In this document: positions 12,918 to 27,535 of the stretch, in pieces
Layout of the letters: every line of letters starts with the position of its first letter
Position numbering within the stretch: the first letter of the stretch is position 1
Source: Escherichia coli
Lineage (GTDB): Bacteria > Pseudomonadota > Gammaproteobacteria > Enterobacterales > Enterobacteriaceae
Assembly: GCF_030013595.1 (NCBI RefSeq)
Contig: NZ_CP122768.1
Direction: 5' to 3' (one strand)
DNA length: 64,000 bases
Made by a program: the position numbers and the translations under genes
The notes under the pieces: model-generated
Told to the model about the DNA's origin: nothing
Database searches by the model: none
Seen by the model: only the letters and a program-made list of their open reading frames with translations

Positions 12918-13642
12918 GTAAAAGCCGCTTAACGGTGTTTAGTTTCATTCGCCGTTTTCTTCTGCGGTTAATGGTTGTCCTCGCCGTTTTCTGGGGCGGG
13001 GGCATTGCGTTGTTTAGCGTTGCGCCTGTTCCTTTCTCTGCGGTAATGGTCGAGCGGCAAGTCAGCGCTTGGCTGCATGGCAATTTTCGTTACGTGGCAC
13101 ATTCTGACTGGGTCAACATGGATCAAATCTCGCCGTGGATGGGACTGGCGGTGATTGCCGCAGAAGATCAGAAGTTTCCTGAGCACTGGGGCTTTGATGT
13201 CGCTTCCATTGAGCAAGCCCTGGCGCACAACGAACGCAATGAAAACCGTATTCGCGGTGCGTCGACGATTTCTCAGCAGACAGCCAAAAATCTCTTTTTA
13301 TGGGATGGGCGCAGCTGGGTTCGAAAAGGGCTGGAAGCCGGATTAACGCTGGGGATAGAAACTGTCTGGAGCAAAAAGCGTATCCTGACGGTTTACCTGA
13401 ATATCGCCGAATTTGGCGACGGTGTGTTTGGCGTCGAAGCTGCGGCACAACGTTATTTCCACAAACCCGCGAGCAAACTTACCCGCTCGGAAGCTGCATT
13501 ACTGGCTGCTGTATTACCTAATCCACTTCGTTTCAAAGTCTCCGCGCCATCGGGCTACGTGCGTAGCCGTCAGGCGTGGATTTTACGGCAGATGTATCAG
13601 TTAGGCGGTGAGTCGTTTATGCAACAACACCAGCTGGATTAA
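12914..13642 (+). CDS. mtgA: Monofunctional biosynthetic peptidoglycan transglycosylase
   Basis: 242-aa ORF, GT51 transglycosylase motifs ([14 protein letters not shown]); start overlaps elbB stop (ATGA). Confidence 0.95.
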   Translation: MSKSRLTVFSFIRRFLLRLMVVLAVFWGGGIALFSVAPVPFSAVMVERQVSAWLHGNFRYVAHSDWVNMDQISPWMGLAVIAAEDQKFPEHWGFDVASIEQALAHNERNENRIRGASTISQQTAKNLFLWDGRSWVRKGLEAGLTLGIETVWSKKRILTVYLNIAEFGDGVFGVEAAAQRYFHKPASKLTRSEAALLAAVLPNPLRFKVSAPSGYVRSRQAWILRQMYQLGGESFMQQHQLD

Positions 13643-14271
13643 GCTTCGCGCGAAGTGAGGGTCAGCGTTTTGCTTTCACGAGGTTGCAGATCTTTCTGCA
13701 GGGCAATAGTCAGCGCCGGTTGGGCGATAAATCGTTTCCATAACCGCTCTTGCTTACGCAGACAACACCACTTCGACCAGGTCGCCAGTGGAATCAATGT
13801 GCTTTCACCAATGTTGTCGCAGACGACGGGGATAACCTCTGACTCACTGATGCGGTGACAGAGGATATTCTGCGGCTTCAGCGACATCGTCACGATACGG
13901 TTATCCTGCAAATAACGCTTCAGCTGTTTCAGTAGCTGGCGCAGTTGTGCAATGTCTTCTTCGTAACGGCATTGTTCAGCAAATTCGGTCAGCGTAATGG
14001 AGGGTTTGCCGTCAAAATCTGCAATCACATCGTAGACATAACCGGTTCCGCAATCCGTCTCAACGGTACCGTGATAGCGCGGTATTCCACTCCAGTCTTT
14101 TAACCGGCGACCAAGATGCGCGTAGTACTTTAACTCACGGCGGATCTCTTTATCGCCACCATCGCCACGATGGTAGACAATCTTGATACAGCGTTGGGCA
14201 TCTTCCGGATGCGCATAACATTTCCGATGTCTTCCGGTGCCCAGGGGACTTTGTTCAGATAAGCGAATCAT
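13639..14271 (-). CDS. yrbL: PhoP-regulon protein YrbL
   Basis: Track ORF 229 aa; canonical 210-aa protein begins [19 protein letters not shown] (ATG at 14271); convergent 4-nt overlap with mtgA. Confidence 0.85.
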   Translation of the reverse strand: MIRLSEQSPLGTGRHRKCYAHPEDAQRCIKIVYHRGDGGDKEIRRELKYYAHLGRRLKDWSGIPRYHGTVETDCGTGYVYDVIADFDGKPSITLTEFAEQCRYEEDIAQLRQLLKQLKRYLQDNRIVTMSLKPQNILCHRISESEVIPVVCDNIGESTLIPLATWSKWCCLRKQERLWKRFIAQPALTIALQKDLQPRESKTLTLTSREA

Positions 14272-14321
14272 GCCATCTCCTGGAAATATTTTCTGACGAT
14301 CTCCAGTATGGTCGATTAACT

Positions 14322-14338
14322 TAAACAAAACCTAAACA
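14322..14338 (-). promoter_or_regulatory. PhoP box (TGTTTA-N5-TGTTTA direct repeat) upstream of yrbL
   Basis: Minus strand reads TGTTTAGGTTTTGTTTA, 51-67 bp upstream of the yrbL ATG; yrbL is a known PhoP-activated gene. Confidence 0.65.
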
Positions 14339-14484
14339 ATGCCTCTTAAGGTTTTCTTAAGGTTCTTCTGAAAGTGAAAAGCGCACAAAATGTACAAATG
14401 ACGTTGATTGAGAACGATTTCAGTACGTGATTTTCTTATTGTCGGGGGGAGTTTGAAGGGAGTTGTATGTCAAAGTGATGAAGA

Positions 14485-14757
14485 TTAATCTTCATCAAAA
14501 CCAGAATTAAAGAGGGCGATAACGGCGGCCAGTGCTTCCTCTTCCTGTGGACCGGTCGCTTCAACTTCAATCTGCCGTCCTTTGGCAGAATCCAACATCA
14601 GCAGCGCAATAACGCTGTTGGCTTCAGCCTCGGTGCCTTCGTCATTACGTAACAGCACTTCAGCGTCAAAACCCTGCATTAATTCAAACAGCTTCATTGC
14701 AGGCCGGGCATGCATGCCCAGCTTGTTTGTGATTTCAACAGTTTGCTTGACGGTCAT
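14485..14757 (-). CDS. ptsO: Nitrogen-related phosphocarrier protein NPr
   Basis: 90-aa ORF, HPr-like fold with active-site His (…MHARPA…). Confidence 0.95.
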
Positions 14758-15608
14758 GGTTTACGTTTTTCCAGCGTACGATGGCGTGACTGGACGTTTT
14801 TACCGCGCGAGCGGAAGTAGTCTGCCAGTTGCTCTGCAATATACACCGAACGGTGCTTCCCGCCGGTACAACCAATGGCGACCGTCAAGTAGCTACGGTT
14901 GTTGGTTTCCAGCATAGGTAACCATAGCTCAAGATAGCTTCGCGTCTGGTAGATAAAATTGTGTACTTCTGTGTGGCGGTCGAGGAACGCGGCGACAGGT
15001 TTATCAAGACCTGTCATTGGACGCAGTTTCGGATCCCAGTGCGGGTTCGGCAAGAAGCGCACGTCAAAGACGTAATCTGCATCGATAGGGATACCGTGTT
15101 TGAAGCCGAAAGACTCAAAGACCATGGTCAGTTCGCGTTCACGTTTACCCAGCAGACGGGTACGCAGCATTTCAGCCAGCTCGTGAACGGACATTTCTGA
15201 GGTATCGACAATCAGATCCGCTCGCGAACGCAGAGGCTCCAGCAAATCGCTTTCTTTGTCGATAGCACTTTCCAGCGACAGGTTTTTGCTGGAAAGCGGA
15301 TGCAGTCGGCGCGTGTCACTGTAACGACGAATTAAGGTATTACGGTCGGCATCCAGGAACAGGAGTTGCGGTGAGAAAGCGTCAGGCAGGTTACTCATCG
15401 CCTGTTCGAATATTTCTGGTGACTCCGGCATATTACGAACATCAATGCTGACGGCGGCAGAAATCTCGCGATCGGCCAGGGTTCGAGCCAGATCGGGTAA
15501 CAACACTACGGGAAGGTTATCCACGCAGTAAAAACCCATATCTTCCAGCGCACGCAGGGCGACAGATTTACCTGAACCTGAACGTCCGCTGACGATCATC
15601 AGTACCAT
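14754..15608 (-). CDS. rapZ: RNase adaptor protein RapZ (YhbJ)
   Basis: 284-aa ORF with P-loop GRSGSGKS; conserved rpoN-operon position. Confidence 0.95.
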
Positions 15609-15653
15609 GTACTGTTTCTCCTCACAACGTCTAAAAGAGACATTACCGAATAA

Positions 15654-16145
15654 CTACGCTTCATCCGGAGTACCTTCGGTATCCGTAATGATTTGATACA
15701 GCTCTTCATCGCTCTGGGCTGCGCGTAAACGGCGGCAGATGGTTTTGTCCGCCAGACGTTTCGCCACCAGCGACAGAGTATGCAGGTGCGTTTTGGTTTG
15801 GTCAGCCGGAACCAGCAACGCAAATAGTAAATCTACCGGTTGGTTGTCAATGGCATCGAAAGCTATAGGCGTTTCGAGCTGAACGAAAACGCCAACGGCG
15901 CGCAGAGTATCTTCTTCCAGTTTACCATGCGGAATGGCAATACCATTGCCGATACCGGTACTGCCCATTTTTTCCCGCGTCAGGATAGCTTCAAAAACCA
16001 CCTGAGGCGGCAGGCTAAGTTGTTTCGCCGCCAGCTCGCTGATGATTTCCAGGGCGCGTTTTTTGCTCTGACAGTGGACGCGGCTTCGCGTACATTCCCT
16101 GTTAAGAACACTGCTAAGCTGTAGAGTTGTATCATTATTTGTCAT
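15654..16145 (-). CDS. ptsN: PTS IIA-Ntr
   Basis: Track ORF 171 aa; canonical 163-aa protein starts MTNNDTTLQLSSVLNREC (ATG 16145). Confidence 0.9.
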   Translation of the reverse strand: MTNNDTTLQLSSVLNRECTRSRVHCQSKKRALEIISELAAKQLSLPPQVVFEAILTREKMGSTGIGNGIAIPHGKLEEDTLRAVGVFVQLETPIAFDAIDNQPVDLLFALLVPADQTKTHLHTLSLVAKRLADKTICRRLRAAQSDEELYQIITDTEGTPDEA

Positions 16146-16262
16146 AATTTCACCTAAGAACCTGCCCACTCAAACAGTGGAACAGGCTCGGAGCATTAAC
16201 CGTACAAATGGCCCGTTGTGCCGCACAACAGGCCGCCATGCACATGCTAATTGCCCGGACAA

Positions 16263-16550
16263 TTAGTGTTGTTTCAGTTTATCTTTATGTTTGGTCAACT
16301 GGCGTGCCAGCTTATCAATTAAGCCATCAATGGCAGCGTACATGTCCTGACCTTCCGCGCTGGCATGAATTTCACCACCGTTTACATGCAGTGTTGCATC
16401 TGAGGTGTGGGTGACTTTCTCCACTTTCAGAACAACATAGACCTGGTTGATTCGGTCAAAATATTGCTCAAGTTTGGCAAATTTGGCTGTAACAAATTCG
16501 CGCAGTGCCTCGGTGATCTCGACGTTATTTCCGGTAATGTTGAGCTGCAT
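16263..16550 (-). CDS. hpf: Ribosome hibernation promoting factor
   Basis: Track ORF 123 aa; canonical 95-aa protein starts MQLNITGNNVEITEALREF (ATG 16550). Confidence 0.9.
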   Translation of the reverse strand: MQLNITGNNVEITEALREFVTAKFAKLEQYFDRINQVYVVLKVEKVTHTSDATLHVNGGEIHASAEGQDMYAAIDGLIDKLARQLTKHKDKLKQH

Positions 16551-16572
16551 AGTGTCTTCCTTATCGGTTGGG

Positions 16573-18006
16573 TCAAACGAGCTGTTTACGCTGGTTTGAC
16601 GGCGGAATGGATAAAGACTCTCGGTACTTCGCAACAGTGCGGCGTGCCACCATGATACCTTGTTCCGACAGCAAAGAGGTTAACTTGCTGTCGCTCAACG
16701 GTTTCGCTGGGTTTTCCGCCGCGATTAATTTCTTCACCAGCGCACGAATCGCCGTGGAGGAAGCTTCGCCGCCGCCCTCGGTATTGACGTGACTGGAAAA
16801 GAAATACTTCAGTTCAAAAATGCCTCGTGGACTATGCAGGTATTTTTGCGTGGTCACGCGAGATATCGTCGATTCATGCATTTCGACAGCCTGGGCGATA
16901 TCGGCCAGTACCATCGGTTTCATATATTCTTCACCTTGCTCAAAGAAGGCTTGCTGCTGTTCAACGATACAGCGACTCACGCGCAGTAGCGTATCGTTAC
17001 GGCTTTCCAGACTCTTGATCAACCATTTGGCATCCTGCAGATTGCTGCGGATAAACTGGCTATCACCATCGTTGCGCGCGTTATTGCACATCGAGGCGTA
17101 GTGCTGGTTGATTTGCAGACGCGGAATGCTGTCACTGTTGAGTTCTACCGTCCAGTGACCGTTATGCTTACGCACCAGCACATCTGGAATGACATACTCA
17201 GGTTCGCCAGTCTGGATCGACTGCCCGGGGCGCGGATCGAGCGACTGGATCAGATTGACGGCTTCTTTCAGCACATCTTCTTTCAGACGCGTGACGCGCA
17301 TTAAAGTGCGGAAGTCGTGATTGGCTAACAGATCGAGATGATCGCTAATGATCAGTCTGGCCTCTTCCAGCCACGGCGTGGTCTTATCGAATTGGGAGAG
17401 TTGGATCAGCAGACAGTCACGCAGATCTTTTGCCGCCACACCGACCGGATCAAACCGTTGGATCCGCTTAAGGACGGCTTCAACTTCGTCGATGTCGATC
17501 TCTTCATCGCCCATACTTTCGAGAATATCTTCCAGCGGGACAGTCAGATAACCGGTGTCATCAACGGCATCGACGATAGAGGTAGCAATAGCGCGGTCAG
17601 TGTCGGAAAACGGTGTCAGCTCGACCTGCCACATCAGGTAATCCTGCAAGGTCTGCGTCGTTTCGCCCTGATAGACCGGCAGCTCGTCGTCAATGTAGTC
17701 ACCGCTGGTGCCGGATGGTGTACCAGCGGTGTAAATGGTGTCCCAACTGGCATCGAGCGGCAGCTCTTCCGGCATCTCTTTTTGTTCGAGCGCGTCGGCG
17801 GTGTCCAGTGTTTCACTGTCTTGCGTTTCGCGGGTGTCGATTTCTTCATGAGTGTCGATTTGCTCAAGCAGCGGATTACTCTCCAGCGCCTGCTGTAGCT
17901 CCTGCTGAAGTTCCAGCGTCGACAACTGCAACAGACGAATTGCCTGTTGGAGCTGTGGCGTCATCGCCAGTTGTTGGCTAAGCCTGAGTTGCAAACCTTG
18001 CTTCAT
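16573..18006 (-). CDS. rpoN: RNA polymerase sigma-54 factor
   Basis: 477-aa ORF; Gln-rich N-terminus and C-terminal RpoN box ([10 protein letters not shown]). Confidence 0.97.
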   Translation of the reverse strand: MKQGLQLRLSQQLAMTPQLQQAIRLLQLSTLELQQELQQALESNPLLEQIDTHEEIDTRETQDSETLDTADALEQKEMPEELPLDASWDTIYTAGTPSGTSGDYIDDELPVYQGETTQTLQDYLMWQVELTPFSDTDRAIATSIVDAVDDTGYLTVPLEDILESMGDEEIDIDEVEAVLKRIQRFDPVGVAAKDLRDCLLIQLSQFDKTTPWLEEARLIISDHLDLLANHDFRTLMRVTRLKEDVLKEAVNLIQSLDPRPGQSIQTGEPEYVIPDVLVRKHNGHWTVELNSDSIPRLQINQHYASMCNNARNDGDSQFIRSNLQDAKWLIKSLESRNDTLLRVSRCIVEQQQAFFEQGEEYMKPMVLADIAQAVEMHESTISRVTTQKYLHSPRGIFELKYFFSSHVNTEGGGEASSTAIRALVKKLIAAENPAKPLSDSKLTSLLSEQGIMVARRTVAKYRESLSIPPSNQRKQLV

Positions 18007-18053
18007 GTTCAGAATCGTACTCTCCTGCTAAAACGTCGCAAACTTCTACCCTA

Positions 18054-18779
18054 TCAGAGTCTGAAGTCTTCCCCAAGGTATACACGCTTAACGTGTTCGT
18101 CTTGTAAGATTTCTGTAGGCGTGCCGTGGGCGATCAAATGCCCCTGACTGACGATATAAGCGCGTTCACAAACCGCCAGTGTTTCACGCACGTTGTGGTC
18201 AGTGATCAGTACGCCCAGGCCGCTGTCGCGCAGGTGTTCAATGATGCGTTTAATGTCGATAACCGAGATCGGGTCAACCCCGGCAAACGGTTCGTCGAGC
18301 AGAATAAATTTCGGATTCGCAGCCAGTGCGCGGGCAATTTCTACACGGCGACGTTCACCCCCGGAGAGTGACTGCCCCATGCTGTCACGCAGGTGCTCAA
18401 TGTGAAACTCTTCCATCAGCTCGTTCGCGCGGTCTTCACGTTGTTCAGCAGACAAGTCGTCACGAATTTGCAGTACCGCCATCAGGTTATCGTAAACGCT
18501 GAGGCGACGGAAAATGGAGGCTTCCTGTGGCAGATAGCCGATACCGCGGCGCGCGCGTGCATGCAGAGGCAGCAGACTGATATCGTCATCATCAATAATG
18601 ATGTTGCCCGCATCGCGCGGCACAATGCCAACAACCATGTAGAAAGTGGTGGTCTTACCGGCACCGTTTGGCCCCAGCAGACCGACAATTTCCCCGGAGT
18701 TGACGGTCAGGCTGACGTCTTCTACCACGCGACGGCCTTTATAGGCTTTTGCAAGGTTCTTTGCAGTTAATGTTGCCAT
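18054..18779 (-). CDS. lptB: LPS export ABC transporter ATP-binding protein
   Basis: 241-aa ORF; Walker [10 protein letters not shown], signature LSGGERRR. Confidence 0.97.
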
Positions 18780-18785
18780 AACGAA

Positions 18786-19343
18786 TTAATTACCCTTCTT
18801 CTGTGCCGGGGTCTGGCCTTTGTTGTTTTTGTCCTGCAGTTGCGACGGCACCAGAACGGTGGTTACGCGCTTGCCTTTGTCGCTGAAAGCCTGCATTTTC
18901 TGCTCTTTCACCAGGTAAGTGATCTTATCGCCCTTAATGTTGCTATCGACCTGCTGCAGATAAGCATTACCCGTCAGAACGACAAAATCTTTTGCCAGTT
19001 CGTAGTGCATCTGGGAAGCGTGACCTTCAACCGGTTTACCGTTGTCCTGCATCTGGTAGAACGTTGCCGGTTTACCGTAGCCGTCAATCACCTCTTTACC
19101 TTGTTCGCCGCCCGGACGGGTAACGACCACTTTGTCGGCATTAATTTTGATGGTGCCCTGGGTGACGATGACATTACCGGTAAAGGTAACCACGTTGCCT
19201 TGCATATCAAGAGATTGCTGGTCCGATTCAATGTGGATCGGCTGATCAGTGTCTCCGGTTACGGCAAATGCCGGAATGCTGGCGGCCAGAAGTGAGCTGG
19301 CAAGCACAAGATTAAGGCTGAGTTTGTTTGTTTTGAATTTCAT
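18786..19343 (-). CDS. lptA: LPS transport periplasmic protein LptA
   Basis: Track ORF 192 aa; canonical 185-aa protein starts MKFKTNKLSLNLVLASSLLAAS (ATG 19343); signal peptide. Confidence 0.9.
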   Translation of the reverse strand: MKFKTNKLSLNLVLASSLLAASIPAFAVTGDTDQPIHIESDQQSLDMQGNVVTFTGNVIVTQGTIKINADKVVVTRPGGEQGKEVIDGYGKPATFYQMQDNGKPVEGHASQMHYELAKDFVVLTGNAYLQQVDSNIKGDKITYLVKEQKMQAFSDKGKRVTTVLVPSQLQDKNNKGQTPAQKKGN

Positions 19344-19887
19344 AGGATGTTCTAACCTTTTCAATCAGCTCGGCGTTCTTGCTGCGTAAGTTGCCGCGCA
19401 TTTTCAGACCGCTGGAGTTAAATGTTGTTCCGTATAACGTGACGAGGTCTTCAGAGGTAACATCCTGCGTCACCAGATTGATCTGCGCGTTATCCGTCGT
19501 GATTCTGCGAAGTTGAGAGTCCGGCACAAGTGCGTTGACTTCAACGTGTCCATATAAATAGAGCATCCGGTCATTGGTCAGCTTGGCTTTATCTGCTTTT
19601 ACGGACCATGTCGGGATTTTATCCTTATCAAACGTGGTAAGTACCGGCTGCGTAAACCACGAAACGGCCTGATCGGAATAATATTCAACGTGTTGAGCAA
19701 TCAATCGATAGCTTAGTGCCCCTTCTGGGTTATAGACGAGCGTGTCCGTATGCTCGCTTTTATAGGTGGGATCATTGTTGTTGACGACCACCTGGGCGGT
19801 ATCGTCTTTTTCGGCCATATTAATGCCGATCATCACCAGAACCGCCAGTGATAGCACAATGATAACCCAACGTCTGGCTTTACTCAT
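19312..19887 (-). CDS. lptC: LPS export inner-membrane anchor protein LptC
   Basis: 191-aa ORF with N-terminal TM helix; overlaps the lptA start as in the canonical operon. Confidence 0.95.
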   Translation of the reverse strand: MSKARRWVIIVLSLAVLVMIGINMAEKDDTAQVVVNNNDPTYKSEHTDTLVYNPEGALSYRLIAQHVEYYSDQAVSWFTQPVLTTFDKDKIPTWSVKADKAKLTNDRMLYLYGHVEVNALVPDSQLRRITTDNAQINLVTQDVTSEDLVTLYGTTFNSSGLKMRGNLRSKNAELIEKVRTSYEIQNKQTQP

Positions 19888-20450
19888 ATCGATTGCCCTT
19901 TGGCTTCATCCAGTTTGCCCTGCGCCAGGAGTAATAAGTCGCAAACTTCGCGCACTGCGCCACGACCGCCAGCAATGCGCGTCACGTAATCGGCGCGCGG
20001 GATCAACAGTGGATGCGCATCGGCCACGGCGACGCTTAAACCCACTTTTTCCATTACCGGCCAGTCGATGAGATCATCGCCGACATAGGCCACATTTTCC
20101 GGGGCAATCGCCAGTTTTTCCAGCAGATCGCTAAAGGCGATCAGTTTGTTTGACTGCCCCTGATACAAGTGAGTGATCCCCAATGTGGCACAACGATCTT
20201 CTACCAGTTTAGCCTTTCGCCCGGTAATGATAGCGACTTCAATATCAGAGGTGAGCGCACAACGAATGCCATAACCGTCACGAACATTGAACGCTTTCAG
20301 CTCTTCGCCATTATTGCCCATATAAATCAGGCCATCTGACAGTACGCCATCGACATCGAGGATCAGCAGACGAATGTTCTCTGCTTTTGCTATAACGTCG
20401 GCGCTGACAGGGCCGTAACAGGTCGCAAGCGACGCACCTGCTTTGCTCAT
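19884..20450 (-). CDS. kdsC: 3-deoxy-D-manno-octulosonate 8-phosphate phosphatase
   Basis: 188-aa ORF, HAD motif DVDGVLSDG. Confidence 0.95.
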   Translation of the reverse strand: MSKAGASLATCYGPVSADVIAKAENIRLLILDVDGVLSDGLIYMGNNGEELKAFNVRDGYGIRCALTSDIEVAIITGRKAKLVEDRCATLGITHLYQGQSNKLIAFSDLLEKLAIAPENVAYVGDDLIDWPVMEKVGLSVAVADAHPLLIPRADYVTRIAGGRGAVREVCDLLLLAQGKLDEAKGQSI

Positions 20451-20470
20451 TGTTGTTTATCCTTGAATCT

Positions 20471-21457
20471 TTACACTACGCCTGCACGCAGTAAATCATG
20501 CATATGTAACACACCGAGTAAATGGTCGCCATCGGCAACCATCACGGAGGTGATATGGCGGGACTGCATTAAGTTCAGTGCCTCAACGGCCAGAATGCCA
20601 GGGCGCACGCGTATTCCCCCCGGCGTCATAACATCGGCAATACTTAACTGACGAACATCCACGCCCATATCGAAGACACGGCGTAAATCACCGTCGGTAA
20701 AGATGCCTTCAATCATCATATTGTCATCGCAAATGACAGTCATACCAAGATTTTTGCGGGTAACTTCCAGCAATGCGTCACGCAGACTGGCCGTTTTCTT
20801 AACATGCGGGATCTCATCGCCCGTATGCATAATATCGTTTACGCGCAGCAGAAGTTTACGACCCAGTGCGCCGCCTGGATGTGAGAGCGCAAAATCTTCG
20901 GCAGTAAAGCCGCGTGCTTTTAACAGCGCGACAGCGAGGGCATCGCCCATAACCAGCGTGGCGGTGGTGCTGCTGGTCGGTGCCAGCCCTAACGGACAGG
21001 CTTCTTTCGCTACTTTAACACACAGATGAACATCTGCGGCGCGCGCCATGCTGCTCTCCGGGCGACCGGTGATGCAGATTAACGGTACGTGAAGACGCTT
21101 AAGCACTGGAATTAAGGCCGTGATTTCGCTGGATTCACCTGAGTTAGAGATAGCAATCACCACATCCTGTGGGGTGACCATGCCTAAATCACCATGCGCG
21201 GCTTCACCAGGATGGACGAAAAATGAAGGTGTACCGGTGCTGGCAAACGTTGCCGCCATTTTGCGCCCAATATGCCCCGATTTCCCCATCCCCATGACGA
21301 CAACTTTCCCTTTACACCAGAACATCTTTTCACAGGCAAGCGTGAAATTCTGATTGATGTATTGATCAAGCTCCGCCAGGCATTCACGTTCAATCGCCAG
21401 GACTTCTTTACCTGCTTGCTGAAAGTCAAAACCCGGTTGTAACTCTACGTGCGACAT
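20471..21457 (-). CDS. kdsD: D-arabinose 5-phosphate isomerase
   Basis: Track ORF 335 aa; canonical 328-aa protein starts MSHVELQPGFDFQQAG; SIS plus tandem CBS domains. Confidence 0.92.
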   Translation of the reverse strand: MSHVELQPGFDFQQAGKEVLAIERECLAELDQYINQNFTLACEKMFWCKGKVVVMGMGKSGHIGRKMAATFASTGTPSFFVHPGEAAHGDLGMVTPQDVVIAISNSGESSEITALIPVLKRLHVPLICITGRPESSMARAADVHLCVKVAKEACPLGLAPTSSTTATLVMGDALAVALLKARGFTAEDFALSHPGGALGRKLLLRVNDIMHTGDEIPHVKKTASLRDALLEVTRKNLGMTVICDDNMMIEGIFTDGDLRRVFDMGVDVRQLSIADVMTPGGIRVRPGILAVEALNLMQSRHITSVMVADGDHLLGVLHMHDLLRAGVV

Positions 21458-21470
21458 AATGCGTTTCCAG

Positions 21471-22448
21471 TTATTCAACGAGTATTGGCGATAACCAGTA
21501 CAACATCGCCAGCCATACGATAAATCCGCCAGTTAATAATACCCCTACACCACGGCCCGGTTGCGGGGAGCGCCGCCAGCATAGCAACGCAAAAATAATG
21601 CTCACCAGCAACATCACGCTGTAGTCACGACTGTACGCCAGTGGATCAATCTCTCCTGGCGTTATCAGCGCGGGTAAACCCAACACGATGACAATATTAA
21701 AAATGTTTGCGCCAATGATATTTCCGACAGCAATGTCGTTTTCACCTTTGCGAACCCCCGCTATTGCGGTTGCCAGTTCCGGCAGGCTGGTTCCGATAGC
21801 AATTGCCGTCAGACCCATCGTCAACTCGCTGATGGCAAAGTAATTCGCCAGCACCGTGGCGTTATCAACCACCATCCGCGTGGCCACTGGCATGATGATA
21901 AGCGCAATGCCGAGCCATAAAAACGCGACGGGCAATCCACCGTCACGCGGCAACTCTGCAAGCTGCTCTCTGGTCAGGCTGTCAGTCCCCTGACGTTCAG
22001 CCTGACGTGCAAGTTTAACAATGAACAGCAGCCATAGCACAGCCAGAAAGAGGAGAAAGATACCATCGCTGCGACTAAGTTGTCCGTCATAGAGTACGGA
22101 ACCGGCCACCACGCTGACCAACAACATTAAGGGTAATTCACGGCGTAGAACATCAGAATGGACGGTAAAAGGACGAACCAGCGCAGCCAGACCGAGGATC
22201 AGCAATATATTGATAATGTTTGAGCCGAGGGCTGTACCAACGGCTAAATCGCGTTGTTCGTGCAAAGACGCGGCAAGCGAGACGATGATTTCTGGTAACG
22301 ATGTACCAATACTGACCACCGTCATGCCGATGATCAGCGGCGGGATGCCAAAGGTTCGGCAAAGAATAGACGCGGCAAAAACCAGGCGGTCGGCACTGTA
22401 AACGACCAAAAGTAAACCAACAATTAACAGTGCCGTAGCTAAAAGCAT
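21471..22448 (-). CDS. yrbG: CaCA-family cation exchanger YrbG
   Basis: 325-aa polytopic membrane ORF with two GTSLPE alpha-repeat motifs. Confidence 0.9.
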   Translation of the reverse strand: MLLATALLIVGLLLVVYSADRLVFAASILCRTFGIPPLIIGMTVVSIGTSLPEIIVSLAASLHEQRDLAVGTALGSNIINILLILGLAALVRPFTVHSDVLRRELPLMLLVSVVAGSVLYDGQLSRSDGIFLLFLAVLWLLFIVKLARQAERQGTDSLTREQLAELPRDGGLPVAFLWLGIALIIMPVATRMVVDNATVLANYFAISELTMGLTAIAIGTSLPELATAIAGVRKGENDIAVGNIIGANIFNIVIVLGLPALITPGEIDPLAYSRDYSVMLLVSIIFALLCWRRSPQPGRGVGVLLTGGFIVWLAMLYWLSPILVE

Positions 22449-22657
22449 CTAACGTCCTTTCTTCAGGTATACTCGCCGGTCCGCTGAAGATTTTCAGAAA
22501 GCCGTAACGGATTCTTAATTTTGACTTTATGCGGCTAAAAAGTAAAACAAATGCCAGCTTTCGCTAACCACGGCGGGTAATATTCTGTAAATATGTTGGG
22601 TTCAAGGTTAAATTGAGCGCCATGCTTAGAAAATCAACGCAAGACGAAGGGTGAATT

Positions 22658-24257
<1,600 letters not shown>

Positions 24258-24261
24258 GTTC

Positions 24262-24813
24262 ATGCAAACGAAAAAAAATGAAATTTGGGTGGGTATCTTT
24301 TTATTAGCAGCACTACTGGCGGCGCTGTTTGTTTGCCTGAAGGCGGCGAACGTGACGTCCATACGTACTGAACCGACCTACACGCTTTATGCGACGTTCG
24401 ATAACATTGGCGGCCTGAAAGCGCGCTCTCCGGTCAGCATTGGTGGTGTTGTTGTGGGCCGGGTGGCGGATATTACGCTGGACCCGAAAACATATCTGCC
24501 GCGCGTAACGCTGGAAATTGAACAACGTTATAACCACATTCCTGATACCAGTTCGCTGAGCATTCGTACTTCCGGCCTGCTGGGGGAACAATATCTGGCA
24601 TTAAACGTCGGTTTTGAAGACCCGGAACTGGGGACTGCTATCCTGAAGGATGGCGATACAATTCAGGACACCAAGTCTGCGATGGTGCTGGAAGATCTTA
24701 TTGGTCAGTTCCTTTACGGTAGTAAAGGCGATGACAATAAGAATAGTGGCGATGCGCCAGCTGCTGCGCCAGGTAATAATGAAACCACTGAACCTGTGGG
24801 TACAACGAAATAA
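24262..24813 (+). CDS. mlaD: MCE-domain phospholipid-binding protein MlaD
   Basis: Track ORF 188 aa; canonical 183-aa protein starts MQTKKNEIWVG (ATG 24262). Confidence 0.92.
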   Translation: MQTKKNEIWVGIFLLAALLAALFVCLKAANVTSIRTEPTYTLYATFDNIGGLKARSPVSIGGVVVGRVADITLDPKTYLPRVTLEIEQRYNHIPDTSSLSIRTSGLLGEQYLALNVGFEDPELGTAILKDGDTIQDTKSAMVLEDLIGQFLYGSKGDDNKNSGDAPAAAPGNNETTEPVGTTK

Positions 24814-25466
<653 letters not shown>

Positions 25467-25467
<1 letters not shown>

Positions 25468-25760
25468 TGAGCGAGTCACTGAGCTGGATGCAGACGGGTG
25501 ACACGCTGGCGCTATCCGGAGAGCTGGATCAGGACGTTCTGCTACCGCTTTGGGAAATGCGTGAGGAAGCGGTGAAGGGGATTACCTGCATCGATCTTAG
25601 CCGTGTGTCCCGCGTGGATACGGGTGGACTGGCACTGCTGCTCCATCTTATCGATCTGGCGAAAAAGCAGGGCAACAACGTGACGCTTCAGGGGGTAAAC
25701 GATAAAGTGTATACCCTGGCGAAATTGTATAATTTGCCTGCTGATGTTCTGCCTCGTTAA
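25467..25760 (+). CDS. mlaB: STAS-domain protein MlaB
   Basis: Track ORF 129 aa overlaps mlaC in another frame; canonical 97-aa protein starts MSESLSWMQTGDTLAL at the TAATG overlap with the mlaC stop. Confidence 0.88.
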
Positions 25761-25919
25761 ATTTTTTCAGGCCGGATATGGCGTTAACCGCCTGTCCGGC
25801 AAACCTGCCTGCAAGTCGAGCCTTGTCTGATTTATCAGCGAGGCTTTTTGCTTATTTATGCCAGCGCAACTTTGCTCTAAGATGTTTCGCTGGTTTATTA
25901 ACTGATGATTGAAGATCCC

Positions 25920-26174
25920 ATGGAAAATAATGAAATTCAGAGCGTGTTGATGAACGCTCTCTCCCTCCAGGAAGTCCACGTTTCCGGCGATGGCAGCCAC
26001 TTTCAGGTTATTGCCGTGGGTGAGTTGTTTGACGGCATGAGTCGGGTTAAAAAACAGCAGACGGTCTATGGCCCGCTGATGGAATATATTGCGGATAACC
26101 GCATTCATGCTGTGTCGATCAAAGCGTATACCCCTGCGGAGTGGGCGCGCGATCGCAAACTGAACGGCTTTTGA
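25920..26174 (+). CDS. ibaG: BolA-family acid-stress protein IbaG (YrbA)
   Basis: Track ORF 89 aa; canonical 84-aa protein starts [14 protein letters not shown]. Confidence 0.9.
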
Positions 26175-26228
26175 GCTATGGGCGATTCGCCGGTAGCGGA
26201 TATGAATTGTTAACTGAGAACAAACTAA

Positions 26229-27488
<1,260 letters not shown>

Positions 27489-27535
27489 TTGTCTGAGAGC
27501 TGGCAGCCCCGTTCGCGGGGCTACCGCCAGACCAC

